Below, piece by piece: positions 1 through 9,385 of a stretch of 64,000 nt of DNA. The first letter of the stretch is position 1; every line of letters begins with the position of its first letter. This stretch comes from Planctomycetota bacterium (GTDB lineage Bacteria > Planctomycetota > Phycisphaerae > Phycisphaerales > UBA1924): NCBI GenBank assembly GCA_023432465.1, contig JAEYUO010000117.1, positions 25,239 to 89,238 on the forward strand. Reading direction: 5' to 3'. The translations under genes were made by a program, and so were the position numbers. The notes beneath the pieces are model-generated. The model saw nothing but the letters and a program-made list of their open reading frames with translations, ran no database searches and was not told the origin of the DNA.

Positions 1-1262
1 CGCTGCTGATCGACCTGCAGGGCCTCGTGACCGCCGCCGCGAACGACGACGGTATCTCGACGCAGGAGAAGCAGGCGAACCAGTTGCAGATCGATTCGAT
101 CCTGCAGACGATCGACCGCATCTCGGGCGCGACTTCGTTCCAGGGCAAGAAGCTCCTGAACGGCAATCTCGACTACACCGCGACCGACGTCGATGGCGGC
201 GTGGCGGACTTCCGCGTCAACGGCGCGAAGCTCGCGTACGGCAGCGAGCTTGAAGTGCAGGCGGTCATCACGACCTCCGCGCAGCAGGCCGGCCTGTTCC
301 TCTCGCTCGGCGGCCCGCTGAACCTCAACGGCGGCACGAACTCGGCGTTCACCATCGAGATCACCGGCTCGCTCGGCAGCCGCGAACTCTCGTTCGCATC
401 GGGCACGTCGATCGACAACATGGTCGCCGCGATCAATACGTTCTCCGCCGTCACCGGCGTCACCGCGACTGCTTCGGGCACCACGGGCATCCGCCTCGAG
501 TCTCAGCAGTACGGCTCGAACGCGTTCGTCTCGACCCGCATTGTGAACGAGGCGGACATCCAGGGCACCGGCCTTGGCGTCTTCCAGCTCACCGGCAACA
601 ACTTCAACACCGCGAACTCCGGTTCGCGCGTGCAGTTCGACTCGACCGCCGCCAGCAACGGTGTGCGTGATGTTGGTCAGGACATCGTCGCGACGATCAA
701 CGGCATCGCCGCGACCGCGGACGGCCGTACCGCCCGCATCAACACGGACTTCCTCGACGTGCAGGTGACGTTCGATGCCACCACTGCCCAGCAGCGTGGC
801 GACCTGTCGGTGTTCAAGATCAGCGGCGGCGGCGCCGACTTCCAGCTCGCCCCGAACGTTGACATCGCCGGCAAGGTTGCCCTGGGCATCGCCGACGTGT
901 CTACCCGCAAGCTGGGCAACTCTGACCTGGGCTACCTGTCGGACCTGGCTTCCGGCAAGTCGTTCAACGTCGTGAGCGGTGACCTGTCCAACGCTCAGAA
1001 GGTCGTCTCCGAGGCGATCGACTCCATCTCCGCGATCCGCGGCCGCCTGGGCGCGTTCCAGAAGAACACCGTCGGCGCCACGATCCGGAACCTGAGCATC
1101 TCGCTCGAGAACACCACGGCCGCTGAGTCCGTGATCCGCGACACCAACTTCGCGGCGGAGACGGCTGCTCTGACCCGCAACCAGATCCTGGTCTCGGCCT
1201 CGACCAACATCCTGGCCCTGGCCAACAGCCAGCCGCAGTCGGCCCTCCAGCTGCTCGGCTAA
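1..1262 (+). CDS. fliC: Flagellin (5' partial, continues upstream of window)
   Basis: The frame of ORF 27..1262 is open to the window start. The N-terminal helix region 'QEKQANQLQIDSILQTIDRISGATSFQGKKLLNG' and the C-terminal 'TRNQILVSASTNILALANSQPQSALQLLG' are typical flagellin D1/D0 segments. Confidence 0.85.
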   Translation, partial: LLIDLQGLVTAAANDDGISTQEKQANQLQIDSILQTIDRISGATSFQGKKLLNGNLDYTATDVDGGVADFRVNGAKLAYGSELEVQAVITTSAQQAGLFLSLGGPLNLNGGTNSAFTIEITGSLGSRELSFASGTSIDNMVAAINTFSAVTGVTATASGTTGIRLESQQYGSNAFVSTRIVNEADIQGTGLGVFQLTGNNFNTANSGSRVQFDSTAASNGVRDVGQDIVATINGIAATADGRTARINTDFLDVQVTFDATTAQQRGDLSVFKISGGGADFQLAPNVDIAGKVALGIADVSTRKLGNSDLGYLSDLASGKSFNVVSGDLSNAQKVVSEAIDSISAIRGRLGAFQKNTVGATIRNLSISLENTTAAESVIRDTNFAAETAALTRNQILVSASTNILALANSQPQSALQLLG

Positions 1263-1306
1263 GCCTTGAGCCCCTTCGCGGGGCGAAGTATGTGACACCC
1301 TCCAAG

Positions 1307-1342
1307 GCCGCCCCGGTTCATCCCGGGGCGGCTTTCTTGTTT
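1307..1342 (+). terminator. Rho-independent terminator after flagellin
   Basis: 10-bp GC stem GCCGCCCCGG / CCGGGGCGGC with a 6-nt loop, followed by TTTCTTGTTT. Confidence 0.6.
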
Positions 1343-1366
1343 GATCGCCGGGCCATTGCGCCGCGA

Positions 1367-2449
1367 GTGGCCGATAGACATGGAGCTTTGAGCTCAACCG
1401 CGTCCAGCCAGAGTTCCCGCCGCGACCGCCGCCGCCGCGCGGCTTCTCGACCCGATGCCGCGCCGCTTCCGCCCGGGCTCTCACGGTCTGTGCGGGCGTT
1501 CCTGGTGTTCGCGCGGGTGGAGTGCGGCCTTGCGCCGAACTCACTGGAGGCCTATGAGCGCGATCTGACCGATCTGATCACGGACCTAGCAGCGCGCGGG
1601 CGGGAATCGTTGGGCACGGTGCAGGCACGCGACCTGACCGATCACCTCGCGGGTTTACGCTCGGTGCGGAACCTCGCGGCGACATCGGTTATCCGCCACC
1701 TGGCGACAATCCGGGTCTTCTTTCGCTGGGCGGAGTCAACAACGGAGCTGCCGCGAGATGCGGATGGGAGGCCCATCAACCCCGCGGAGGCGCTTGATCG
1801 GCCCACGAAGTGGAAGAAGCTGCCCGGCGTGCTGACGCCTCGCCAGGTGCGGGACCTTCTCGCGGCGCCGCGGCCGGAATCAGAGACAGATGATGGGGGC
1901 GGGGGGGATGGACGTATCCCGCTTTATCTCCGGGACCGCGCCCTGCTGGAGTTGATGTACGCGTGCGGGCTGCGCGCGACCGAGGCGGCGAGTGTGACGG
2001 TTCGCGACTTCAACGACACGCTTGGCGTTGTGTTGGTGCAGGGGAAGGGGAATAAGCAGCGGCTTGTGCCGGTCGGGAAGCCGGCCCAGGAAGCGGTGAG
2101 GAAGTATCTTGCGGAGTGCCGGCCGCGGCTGACGGGGGTGACCGAGAGTGAGGAGGCAGCTCGGGGCGGGAAGCCGGGGAGGCTGCTGCTCTCACGCACT
2201 GGTCGGCCGCTGGAGCGCGTGGCGATCTGGCAGATCGTCCGGAGGAATGCGTTTGTCGCGAAGCTGCCGAACGTGCACCCGCACATGCTGCGGCACTCGT
2301 TCGCGACTCACCTGCTCATGGGCGGGGCGGACCTGCGCGTGGTGCAGGAGCTTCTGGGCCATGCGGATGTGGGCACGACGCAGATTTACACGCACGTTGA
2401 TTCGCGGAGGCTCCGGGCGGTCCACGGGCAGTTTCATCCGCGAAAGTAG
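1367..2449 (+). CDS. xerD: Tyrosine site-specific recombinase XerD/XerC
   Basis: ORF 1292..2449. The C-terminal catalytic region 'HMLRHSFATHLLMGGADLRVVQELLGHADVGTTQIYTHV' and the N-terminal SAM-like 'LAPNSLEAYERDLTDL' are present. The track start at 1292 lies inside the flagellin terminator, so I moved the start to in-frame GTG 1367; this start is uncertain. Confidence 0.8.
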   Translation: MADRHGALSSTASSQSSRRDRRRRAASRPDAAPLPPGLSRSVRAFLVFARVECGLAPNSLEAYERDLTDLITDLAARGRESLGTVQARDLTDHLAGLRSVRNLAATSVIRHLATIRVFFRWAESTTELPRDADGRPINPAEALDRPTKWKKLPGVLTPRQVRDLLAAPRPESETDDGGGGDGRIPLYLRDRALLELMYACGLRATEAASVTVRDFNDTLGVVLVQGKGNKQRLVPVGKPAQEAVRKYLAECRPRLTGVTESEEAARGGKPGRLLLSRTGRPLERVAIWQIVRRNAFVAKLPNVHPHMLRHSFATHLLMGGADLRVVQELLGHADVGTTQIYTHVDSRRLRAVHGQFHPRK

Positions 2450-2450
2450 C

Positions 2451-3443
2451 TTAGATGAGGCGTTTGAAGCCGCTATCGACCGTGCTGCGACCGCCGACGA
2501 GCTTGCCCGCGGCGTTGAGCCGGGGACCGCTCTCGCGTGCGAGCGAAGAGGCGATCTCCGCCGCCTCATCGACGGCATCCTCGGCGGGGTGGGGCATGAC
2601 CGGGGCATCCTCGCCCAGCGCTCTGTTGAGCGCGCCGACCGACTTGCCCACCGCGTTCCGCACACCGGAGCGGTTGATGAGCGCCATCTCGCGCTCGGCG
2701 ATCTCGTCGAGCTCGCTGACGCTGGTGATGATGATGCCGCGGGAGACCCCTGCGCGGAACCAGATGGCGATCATGGCGGCTGCGCCGGCGGCGAGCAGGG
2801 GGGCAACGACCCACTGTGCGAGCGTGCCCGCTGCGCCGACGCCGGTGGACGACCACACGCCGCTTCGGTGCGTCATGGATTCGTAGCTTGCGAAGACTCC
2901 CGCCATCGGGAGGGATGGGAGCACATCGCGGATCGGGAGTGACAACGCGGCCAGGACCATCGACCAGACCGTTGCGGTCACAACCCGCTCGACGCCGGGC
3001 ACGCTGCCACCCCCGGCGACCACTGTGCCGAGCAAGGTGAGAATGAGCAGGGCAAGGGCGGCAAGCCCCCCCACGCTGCACGCCAGGCCGCTCGCGCGGT
3101 TCAGGACGACGTCCCAGCCGGTGCTTGCGGTGTTGACTTCCGTGGCCTCGACCCGAGCCGCAGCGCGGCTTCGGACTCCGCCGACCGCTGCCTGAGCCGC
3201 GGCATCCGGGATCTCCACCACTCCGCCGGGTCCCTGGAGTTGTCCGGGCGTGCCGACGACGGTGAGTTCGCCCGACGGCGCTTCTCGGAGTTCGACCGTT
3301 CGCACATCGGTGTAGTGGACGAAGCCGAAGGTCAGGGCCTGGGTGACTCCGGCGATGATGACGAGCATCGCGGCGAGGGTGACCCAGCTTCGAAGCTGAC
3401 GGATCGCGCCGCTGACATGGGGCTTGGGCATCGGTGGGGGCAT
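2451..3443 (-). CDS. Hypothetical multi-pass membrane protein
   Basis: ORF 2451..3485. I moved the start to ATG 3443, which is preceded by GGGAGG 8 nt upstream. Several hydrophobic helices are visible (e.g. 'WVTLAAMLVIIAGVTQALTFGF', 'GGLAALALLILTLLGTVVAG'). I recognise no family. Confidence 0.55.
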   Translation of the reverse strand: MPPPMPKPHVSGAIRQLRSWVTLAAMLVIIAGVTQALTFGFVHYTDVRTVELREAPSGELTVVGTPGQLQGPGGVVEIPDAAAQAAVGGVRSRAAARVEATEVNTASTGWDVVLNRASGLACSVGGLAALALLILTLLGTVVAGGGSVPGVERVVTATVWSMVLAALSLPIRDVLPSLPMAGVFASYESMTHRSGVWSSTGVGAAGTLAQWVVAPLLAAGAAAMIAIWFRAGVSRGIIITSVSELDEIAEREMALINRSGVRNAVGKSVGALNRALGEDAPVMPHPAEDAVDEAAEIASSLARESGPRLNAAGKLVGGRSTVDSGFKRLI

Positions 3444-3665
3444 GAAAGCGACCTCCCGGGGAATGGGGCGAATCGATACCCCCAATATCGGGTATGCGAA
3501 TTGAGATCTGCACTCCAGTGGGGTTTTGCAGCACGCCAGAGGCGGTATGGTCGCTGTGGATTCGCACGGCGTGGTTCTCGGACGAAGTGATCGGGATTGC
3601 GAGTGGACTCTGTCCGGTCAGCTTTCAATGATTCCTGAAAACTGAATCAGGAGCAAGGGCGAGCA

Positions 3666-5123
3666 ATGAGCATCTATCACCAGCCGAGAGAGCATCCGAA
3701 TCTCGCCGCGACGGACCCAGGCCTGATGGAGGCGGTCGCCGCGGGAGAAGCCCGGCTGACGCCTGAGCAGGGGCTGGGGCTTTTGTTGACGGCGGACCTT
3801 CAGAGCCTTGGTCGGCACGCGGACGCTCGCGCCCGGACGCTGCATGGCGACGATCTGCGGACGTATGTCATCGACAGGAACATCAACTACACGAATGTCT
3901 GCTCGGCCAAGTGCACGTTCTGTGCGTTTCGGCGGGATGCGGATGATCACGATTCGTACACGCTCGAGCCCGAGGCGATCTATGACAAGGTGGCGGAGCT
4001 CGCGGCGATCGGCGGGACCCAGATCCTGATGCAGGGGGGGATGAACCCCGCGCTCCCGCTGGAGTGGTACATCAAGCTGCTGAAAGGGCTGAAGGAGCGA
4101 TTCCCGAAGATTCACGTGCACGCGTTCAGCCCGCCGGAGTTCATCGAGTTCGTGCACTTCTTTGATCCGCCGGGAGAGACGCTGGAGGCGAAGCTGCGGT
4201 GGGTGATGGTGCGGCTTCGCGATGCGGGCCTCGACTCGGTGCCCGGCGGTGGGGGGGAGATCTTCTCGCATCATGTCCGGAGAAAGATCGGCCTGGGCAA
4301 GTGCGATGCCGACGCCTGGCTGACGACGATGTACGTCGCGCACACACTCGGGATGTTCACCAGCGCGACGATGATGTTCGGCCATATCGAGGGGTACGCC
4401 GACCGCGTGCACCACATGTGGCTTGTGCGGAAGTGGCAGGACCGGGCCCTGCGAGAGGCGGGCGAGCGGGGCGGGGACGGGCCGATCGGACATTACAAGG
4501 CGTTCATCGCGTGGCCGTTTCAGCGGGAGAACACGCCGCTGGGCCGCGTGCCGGACTTCGGCGCGCGTGAGGAGGACTTTGCATCGCCGGGCCGGATGAC
4601 CGAGTTCCCCGGGGATGCTCTGGCGATGGAGAACGGCACGCTTGCCGGCGAGAACCGGCTGAGCAACGAGCAGGTGGTCGAACGGTTCCCATCGTTTGGC
4701 AGGCGTGTTCGGATGAGCAGCGCGACCGACTACCTGCGCACTCAGGCTTTCTCGCGGCTGTTCCTGGACAACATCTACTCGATCGGGGCCTCATGGGTGA
4801 CGATGGGGCCGCACATCGGACAAGTGGCGCTGGCGTATGGCGCAAACGACATGGGCAGCGTCATGATGGAGGAGAACGTGGTCTCCAGCGCGGGCACGAC
4901 GTACTGCCTCGATGAGGCGGTGCTGTGCCGGCTGATTCGCGATGCGGGGTTCACGCCGGCGCAGCGCAACAACACCTATGACATCATCCGTGTGCACGGA
5001 GCCACGCCCGATGCGCCGGACCTGCGGGTCAAGGACTGGTCGCATCACCGCGCACGGCGCATGCATCAGGAAGCGCCGCGCGAGCCCCGGCCCGCGTCCA
5101 TCACGGTGAGCGTTTCCCGCTGA
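3666..5123 (+). CDS. Radical SAM enzyme, futalosine-pathway menaquinone biosynthesis (MqnC/MqnE, CofH-like family)
   Basis: It carries 'NINYTNVCSAKCTFCAFRR' (a CxxxCxxC cluster) and 'GGTQILMQGGMNPALPLEWY...IHVHAFSPPEF'. It is longer than typical family members because of an internal insertion. Confidence 0.75.
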   Translation: MSIYHQPREHPNLAATDPGLMEAVAAGEARLTPEQGLGLLLTADLQSLGRHADARARTLHGDDLRTYVIDRNINYTNVCSAKCTFCAFRRDADDHDSYTLEPEAIYDKVAELAAIGGTQILMQGGMNPALPLEWYIKLLKGLKERFPKIHVHAFSPPEFIEFVHFFDPPGETLEAKLRWVMVRLRDAGLDSVPGGGGEIFSHHVRRKIGLGKCDADAWLTTMYVAHTLGMFTSATMMFGHIEGYADRVHHMWLVRKWQDRALREAGERGGDGPIGHYKAFIAWPFQRENTPLGRVPDFGAREEDFASPGRMTEFPGDALAMENGTLAGENRLSNEQVVERFPSFGRRVRMSSATDYLRTQAFSRLFLDNIYSIGASWVTMGPHIGQVALAYGANDMGSVMMEENVVSSAGTTYCLDEAVLCRLIRDAGFTPAQRNNTYDIIRVHGATPDAPDLRVKDWSHHRARRMHQEAPREPRPASITVSVSR

Positions 5124-5719
5124 GCGTCGGCGAGGTCTGCGGATGTCTCTGCGACCATCTTGGCTCGGCGCGCCAGCCAGAATCGCCGCACCGACCAGCC
5201 GAGGAAGCCGAGTCCCATCAGGCAGAGGATCACCTCGATCTCGTGCTCGCTCACTTCTGTGAAGAGTCGGCTCGCGGCGTGACCCGCGAAGTATCCGATC
5301 AGCCCGATGATCAGTGACCAGGCGGCTGCACCGATCAGGTTGTAGACGAAGAACCGTCGTTGCGGGTAGCCCGCCATGCCAAGCACGATGGGCGTCAGGA
5401 AGCGGACCCCGGGCACAAATCGGAACGCGAGAAGCAGCCATCGCTCGTGGATCGCGACCTGCATGAGGATCCACTTTGCCCGAGGCTGCCACTTGGGGGA
5501 GCGGTCCAGGATCAACCGGCCCTTGAGCCGTCCGAAGATAAAGCCCACCTGGTCTCCGAGCATTGCGCCCAGCCAGGCGAGCAACAGCACCAGCGGCAGG
5601 GAGAGATAGCCGCGGTGCGCGAAGTAGCCTGCGAGCAGCAGCACCCCCTCCCCTTCCAGACAGGTGCCGATGAAGACGGCCAGGTAGCCATACTGCTGGA
5701 TGATCTGTTCGAGTGTCAT
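5066..5719 (-). CDS. DedA family inner-membrane protein
   Basis: It shows 'YGYLAVFIGTCLEGEGVLLLAG' and 'RFVPGVRFLTPIVLGMAGYPQRRFFVYNLIGAAAWS'. Its start overlaps the stop of the upstream lipoprotein gene by 4 nt. Confidence 0.8.
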   Translation of the reverse strand: MTLEQIIQQYGYLAVFIGTCLEGEGVLLLAGYFAHRGYLSLPLVLLLAWLGAMLGDQVGFIFGRLKGRLILDRSPKWQPRAKWILMQVAIHERWLLLAFRFVPGVRFLTPIVLGMAGYPQRRFFVYNLIGAAAWSLIIGLIGYFAGHAASRLFTEVSEHEIEVILCLMGLGFLGWSVRRFWLARRAKMVAETSADLADAQRETLTVMDAGRGSRGAS

Positions 5720-6195
5720 CGGGTGGGCTGGTCATCCTCGCCCGCGAGCTTGATCTGGATTCGCCCATCCGAGTCGCTTGCGGGCGGAACCTCAGGGGTT
5801 ATCCACTCGCGCGTCTTGAGACTCAGCTGCGCAGGCCCGAACACCACCGGCGCGCGGCCGGTTGCCCAGACCACGATCCGGAACTCGCGTTCGTCGAGGA
5901 CGGTCACGGTGACGAGTCCGGTGTGATCCGTCGTGCCAGCGGAAGAAGACGGCCCGGTCTGGCCCAGGATGGATGCGGCGGAGAAGGAGTGATCCCTCGA
6001 GGTTGTCTCCGCAGCGACCGCCGCGCCTTCGATTGGTCGGTGTGTGGCGTGGTCGCGGACGAGCACCCGGACCTGGACCGGAGAGCCTCCGGGGGAACGA
6101 AAGATCCCGCTTTCTGCGGTGCATCCCGAGATGCACGCGGCCACGCCGGCGAGGGCCAGGAGGAGCAGGAGCGAGGTTGGTGTGGGGATCGCCAT
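5716..6195 (-). CDS. Hypothetical lipoprotein
   Basis: It has a signal peptide with lipobox 'LLLLLALAGVAACISGC'. It is probably co-transcribed with dedA. Confidence 0.6.
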   Translation of the reverse strand: MAIPTPTSLLLLLALAGVAACISGCTAESGIFRSPGGSPVQVRVLVRDHATHRPIEGAAVAAETTSRDHSFSAASILGQTGPSSSAGTTDHTGLVTVTVLDEREFRIVVWATGRAPVVFGPAQLSLKTREWITPEVPPASDSDGRIQIKLAGEDDQPTR

Positions 6196-6305
6196 GAGGA
6201 GCCTGAGGGCCTAACATCCCGCCCGCTTTGCCGCCGCGGTCCGTCCGTGGCGTCTTGAGCGGGCCGTGACGAGACCTACACGATACCCGGATCAGGACCT
6301 CGACG

Positions 6306-6866
6306 ATGAAGGCCATTGACTGTCGACAAGGCTACGGCGTGAAGATGGACGGCAAGCTGTGCGTCATCTCCGGCTATGAGTTTCGGAACCCCGGCAACCT
6401 CCGTTCGTTCGTCAACTTGAAGTTCAAGAACGTGAAGGATGGCGGGCAGTTCGAGCGCCGTTTTCAGCCGAGTGAAGACATCGAGGTGGTGGACCTTGAT
6501 CGGCGCGAGATGGAGTACCTGTACTCCGACAGCCATGGCGCGACGTTCATGGACACCGAGACCTTCGATCAGGTGGTCATTCCGGCGGACGTGCTGGGCG
6601 ATGCTTTGCTTTATCTGCGGCCCAATGGCATGACGATAGTGCTGAGCCATGACGGCAATCCGATCACGATCGAACTGCCGGCATCGGTGGATCTCAAGAT
6701 TACCGAGTGCCCGCCGGGCATCAAGGGCGCGACGGTCACGAATCAGCTCAAGGATGCGGTCTGCGAGACCGGGCTGAAGACGCGCGTTCCCGGCTTCATC
6801 GAGCAGGGCGAGACGATCCGCGTCAGCACGGCTGACGGTTCGTACCAGTCTCGCGCGAAGGAGTGA
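6306..6866 (+). CDS. efp: Translation elongation factor P
   Basis: 186 aa with an EF-P-like N-terminus 'GYGVKMDGKLCVISGYEFRNPGNLRSFVNLKFKNVKDG' and three-domain length. Confidence 0.9.
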   Translation: MKAIDCRQGYGVKMDGKLCVISGYEFRNPGNLRSFVNLKFKNVKDGGQFERRFQPSEDIEVVDLDRREMEYLYSDSHGATFMDTETFDQVVIPADVLGDALLYLRPNGMTIVLSHDGNPITIELPASVDLKITECPPGIKGATVTNQLKDAVCETGLKTRVPGFIEQGETIRVSTADGSYQSRAKE

Positions 6867-6898
6867 GCCTGGCGTGCGCTCCTGAGCGCAGCGCTGGA

Positions 6899-7441
6899 TC
6901 AGGCGGTGAAGAGCTCCACGATCTGGCCGGCCAAGTCATCGGCCGTGCGTGTTCCGACTTCGATCACGTGTGTCGCCACGCGCTGGTAGAGGGCGTCGCG
7001 TGCATGGAAGATCTGCTCGATTTCGTCAAGCGTTCCCGCATCGGTGAGCGAGGGACGGGTGGTAATGTCGGTCGCGGCCAGTCGCGCCCGCAGAATCGCC
7101 GGGCTCGCCCGCAGGTAGATGATGACCGCCTGACCGCCATCGCGAGCGAGCCTGAGCATCCGCTCCGCTCCGGGCGCGGTAGGCGTTCCGCCTCCGAGCG
7201 CGTGGACCACGCCGGTGCCTGAGAGAAGACCGGGAAGCTGCATGGCCTCGGTGTTTCGGAAGGCCTGCTCGCCGTGCTGTTTGAAGGCCTCCCCCGCCGT
7301 CCTGGCGCCGAGCAGGAGCGCTGTGTCGTCGTCAAGGTCCGCGAAGGGCCTCCCGAGCATCTGCGCCACACGACGGCCGAGCGTGGACTTTCCGCTGCCG
7401 CGCAGGCCAATGAGTATCAAGTTCGTGCCGGGCACGTTCAT
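6899..7441 (-). CDS. aroK: Shikimate kinase
   Basis: It has the P-loop 'LILIGLRGSGKSTLGRRVAQMLGRPFADLDD' and is 180 aa. Confidence 0.85.
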   Translation of the reverse strand: MNVPGTNLILIGLRGSGKSTLGRRVAQMLGRPFADLDDDTALLLGARTAGEAFKQHGEQAFRNTEAMQLPGLLSGTGVVHALGGGTPTAPGAERMLRLARDGGQAVIIYLRASPAILRARLAATDITTRPSLTDAGTLDEIEQIFHARDALYQRVATHVIEVGTRTADDLAGQIVELFTA

Positions 7442-8079
7442 GCGTCCAGTTCCGCATCCGCCCTCCGCACCGCCCGACAGAACGCCTCGATCATGTCAAG
7501 GTCCTTCACTCCGGGGGAACTCTCCACTCCGCTTGAGACATCCACCGCGAAGGGCCGCACGACCCGGATCGCCTCACCCACGTTCTCCGGGTTCAGCCCT
7601 CCGGCCAGGATCAGCGGTTTGCTCAGACGCTCGCGTGCCGCGGCGAGCTTTGTCCAGTCGAAGCTCGTTCCCTGGCCGCCCGCCGAGCCATCGACGAGGA
7701 TGGCATCGACTTCATCGATGCGGTCCCATCGCTCGAGGTCATCGGCGATCGTCGTAGGGTCGAACCGAACGGCCTTGATGACGTTTGGTCCACACTGCTT
7801 GACGAGGTCTTCGGGTTCGTGGCCGTGAAGCTGGGACATGTCTGTCGGGCACTCTTCTTCGATCATCATAAAGCGGTCGATATCCGCATTCACAAAGAGC
7901 CCGACGCTTGAGACAAACGGCGGGAGCATCCCGACGAGTTGCCACGCCTCATCGGGCTCGATGTATCGGGGGCTCTGGGGGTAGAAGACCAGTCCGATGG
8001 CGTCGGCCCCGGCATCCGCCGCGGCGAAGGCCGACTCTTCATCGCGAACTCCGCAGATTTTGATCCGTGTTCGTGCCAT
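7438..8079 (-). CDS. trpF: Phosphoribosylanthranilate isomerase
   Basis: It carries 'RIKICGVRDEESAFAAADAGADAIGLVFYPQSPRYI' and overlaps aroK by 4 nt. Confidence 0.85.
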   Translation of the reverse strand: MARTRIKICGVRDEESAFAAADAGADAIGLVFYPQSPRYIEPDEAWQLVGMLPPFVSSVGLFVNADIDRFMMIEEECPTDMSQLHGHEPEDLVKQCGPNVIKAVRFDPTTIADDLERWDRIDEVDAILVDGSAGGQGTSFDWTKLAAARERLSKPLILAGGLNPENVGEAIRVVRPFAVDVSSGVESSPGVKDLDMIEAFCRAVRRADAELDA

Positions 8080-8100
8080 GGCGCACGATAGGTGCGAGTG

Positions 8101-9258
8101 TCAGCCGAGGTTGGCGAGTTCGGACTTGGCGAGTTCAAGGTCCTGACCCTCCAGCTTGGTCGCCGCCTCTGAGATCAGCGCCTTGGCCCGGATCGGGTCG
8201 TTGAGCTCGCGGGCATAGATCCGGCCCAGGAGCAGGCGGACGGCGGGGGACTCGGGGTCCCTGCTGTATGCCAGCAGGAACTGCTCGTATGCATAGGCGG
8301 CGTCCTGGAACCTTGCAGCCGCATAGAGATGGTTGGCCAGCTCGTACTGGGCGCGGCGAGACAGCGCCGTCGCGCCCGGCTTGTCCCCGAATCGATCCGC
8401 GAGGGAGCGATAGGCAGCGGCGGCGGACGACATGTCGCCGGAGGCGATCAGTCTGGAGACTTCGGCGCGAGCGGCGGCGAGCGCATCGCTTTCTTCCGCC
8501 GCGGGTCCGGATCGTGCCTGCTCCCATTTGCGCTCGTTGGCTTGCTTGGCAAGTCGCGTCGCTTCCTGAAACTGCCTGCGTCGCACCGCCTGCCTGCCCA
8601 TGCTGAAGAGATCGAACGGTTCTCGGGGAAGCACTCGCAGCCACAGGAGACCCGCGGCGACGATCGCGCCAAACGCCGATCCGCCGAGGTGGGCGGCGTG
8701 CGCGATGCCCGTTCGTGCGCCGGTCGCCTGGAGCAGGATGTCCCAGGTGACGGCGAGCACAATGAACCACCACGCGGAGACCCGCACGACACCGATGAAC
8801 CCCAGCATCATGAAGCACTTGATCTGGGTCTTGGGGAACAGCACGAGATACGCGCCGGTGCACGCGGCGACGGCGCCGGAAGCGCCAATCGCCGGATTGT
8901 CAGAAAAGAAGGCGTGCACACCCCCGGACGCGGCGGCACCCAGCAGGAAGAACAGGGAGAACCCGATTCTTCCGAAGCGGTCTTCAATGTTCGGCCCGAA
9001 CACCCAGAGAAAGAGCATGTTTCCCAGGATGTGCCAGGGGTGGCTCTCGGCGTGGAGGAAGGCACTGGTGATGAGCGTCCAGGGCTTGAAGTCGCCGCCC
9101 CAGACCCAGAGGGCTGCGAGGAACCGCTGATATTGATCGGGGTCGCTGCGGGACAGAACAAGCTGAACACCGAACATCACGAGGTTGAGCGCGATGATCG
9201 CCGGCGTGACCAACGGGGGACGGTGAAGCGGGCGATCTGTGCCGAGGGGGAAGAGCAT
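8101..9258 (-). CDS. Rhomboid family intramembrane serine protease with C-terminal TPR-like region
   Basis: Rhomboid motifs 'HILGNMLFLWVFGPNIEDRFG', 'GASGAVAACTGAYLVLFP' and 'HAAHLGGSAFG' are present. The C-terminal ~150 aa is helical and repeat-like. Confidence 0.8.
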   Translation of the reverse strand: MLFPLGTDRPLHRPPLVTPAIIALNLVMFGVQLVLSRSDPDQYQRFLAALWVWGGDFKPWTLITSAFLHAESHPWHILGNMLFLWVFGPNIEDRFGRIGFSLFFLLGAAASGGVHAFFSDNPAIGASGAVAACTGAYLVLFPKTQIKCFMMLGFIGVVRVSAWWFIVLAVTWDILLQATGARTGIAHAAHLGGSAFGAIVAAGLLWLRVLPREPFDLFSMGRQAVRRRQFQEATRLAKQANERKWEQARSGPAAEESDALAAARAEVSRLIASGDMSSAAAAYRSLADRFGDKPGATALSRRAQYELANHLYAAARFQDAAYAYEQFLLAYSRDPESPAVRLLLGRIYARELNDPIRAKALISEAATKLEGQDLELAKSELANLG

Positions 9259-9385
9259 GCTTTGAGCATGCTAACCCGGCGGGGAACTTCCGGCCCGGAG
9301 GCCGGTTGAAGGCCATATCCACGGTCCCGGTCAAAATGGCCCGGAACGCGCCCTATAGTGGCGTCGAAACGGAGGAATCCACAGC

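Noticed and set aside
1367-2449. Tyrosine recombinase as a possible marker of an integrated mobile element.
   Set aside because: Its sequence looks like chromosomal XerD/XerC. The neighbours are housekeeping genes. I saw no flanking direct repeats, adjacent tRNA, phage genes or IS genes.
5066-5123. 58-nt convergent overlap between the radical SAM gene and dedA, considered as a possible annotation error or regulatory antisense overlap.
   Set aside because: Both ORFs have strong family support up to near their ends. The overlapping C-terminal tail of the radical SAM protein is non-conserved-looking and may simply be a read-through tail. Sequence alone gives no basis for a functional claim.
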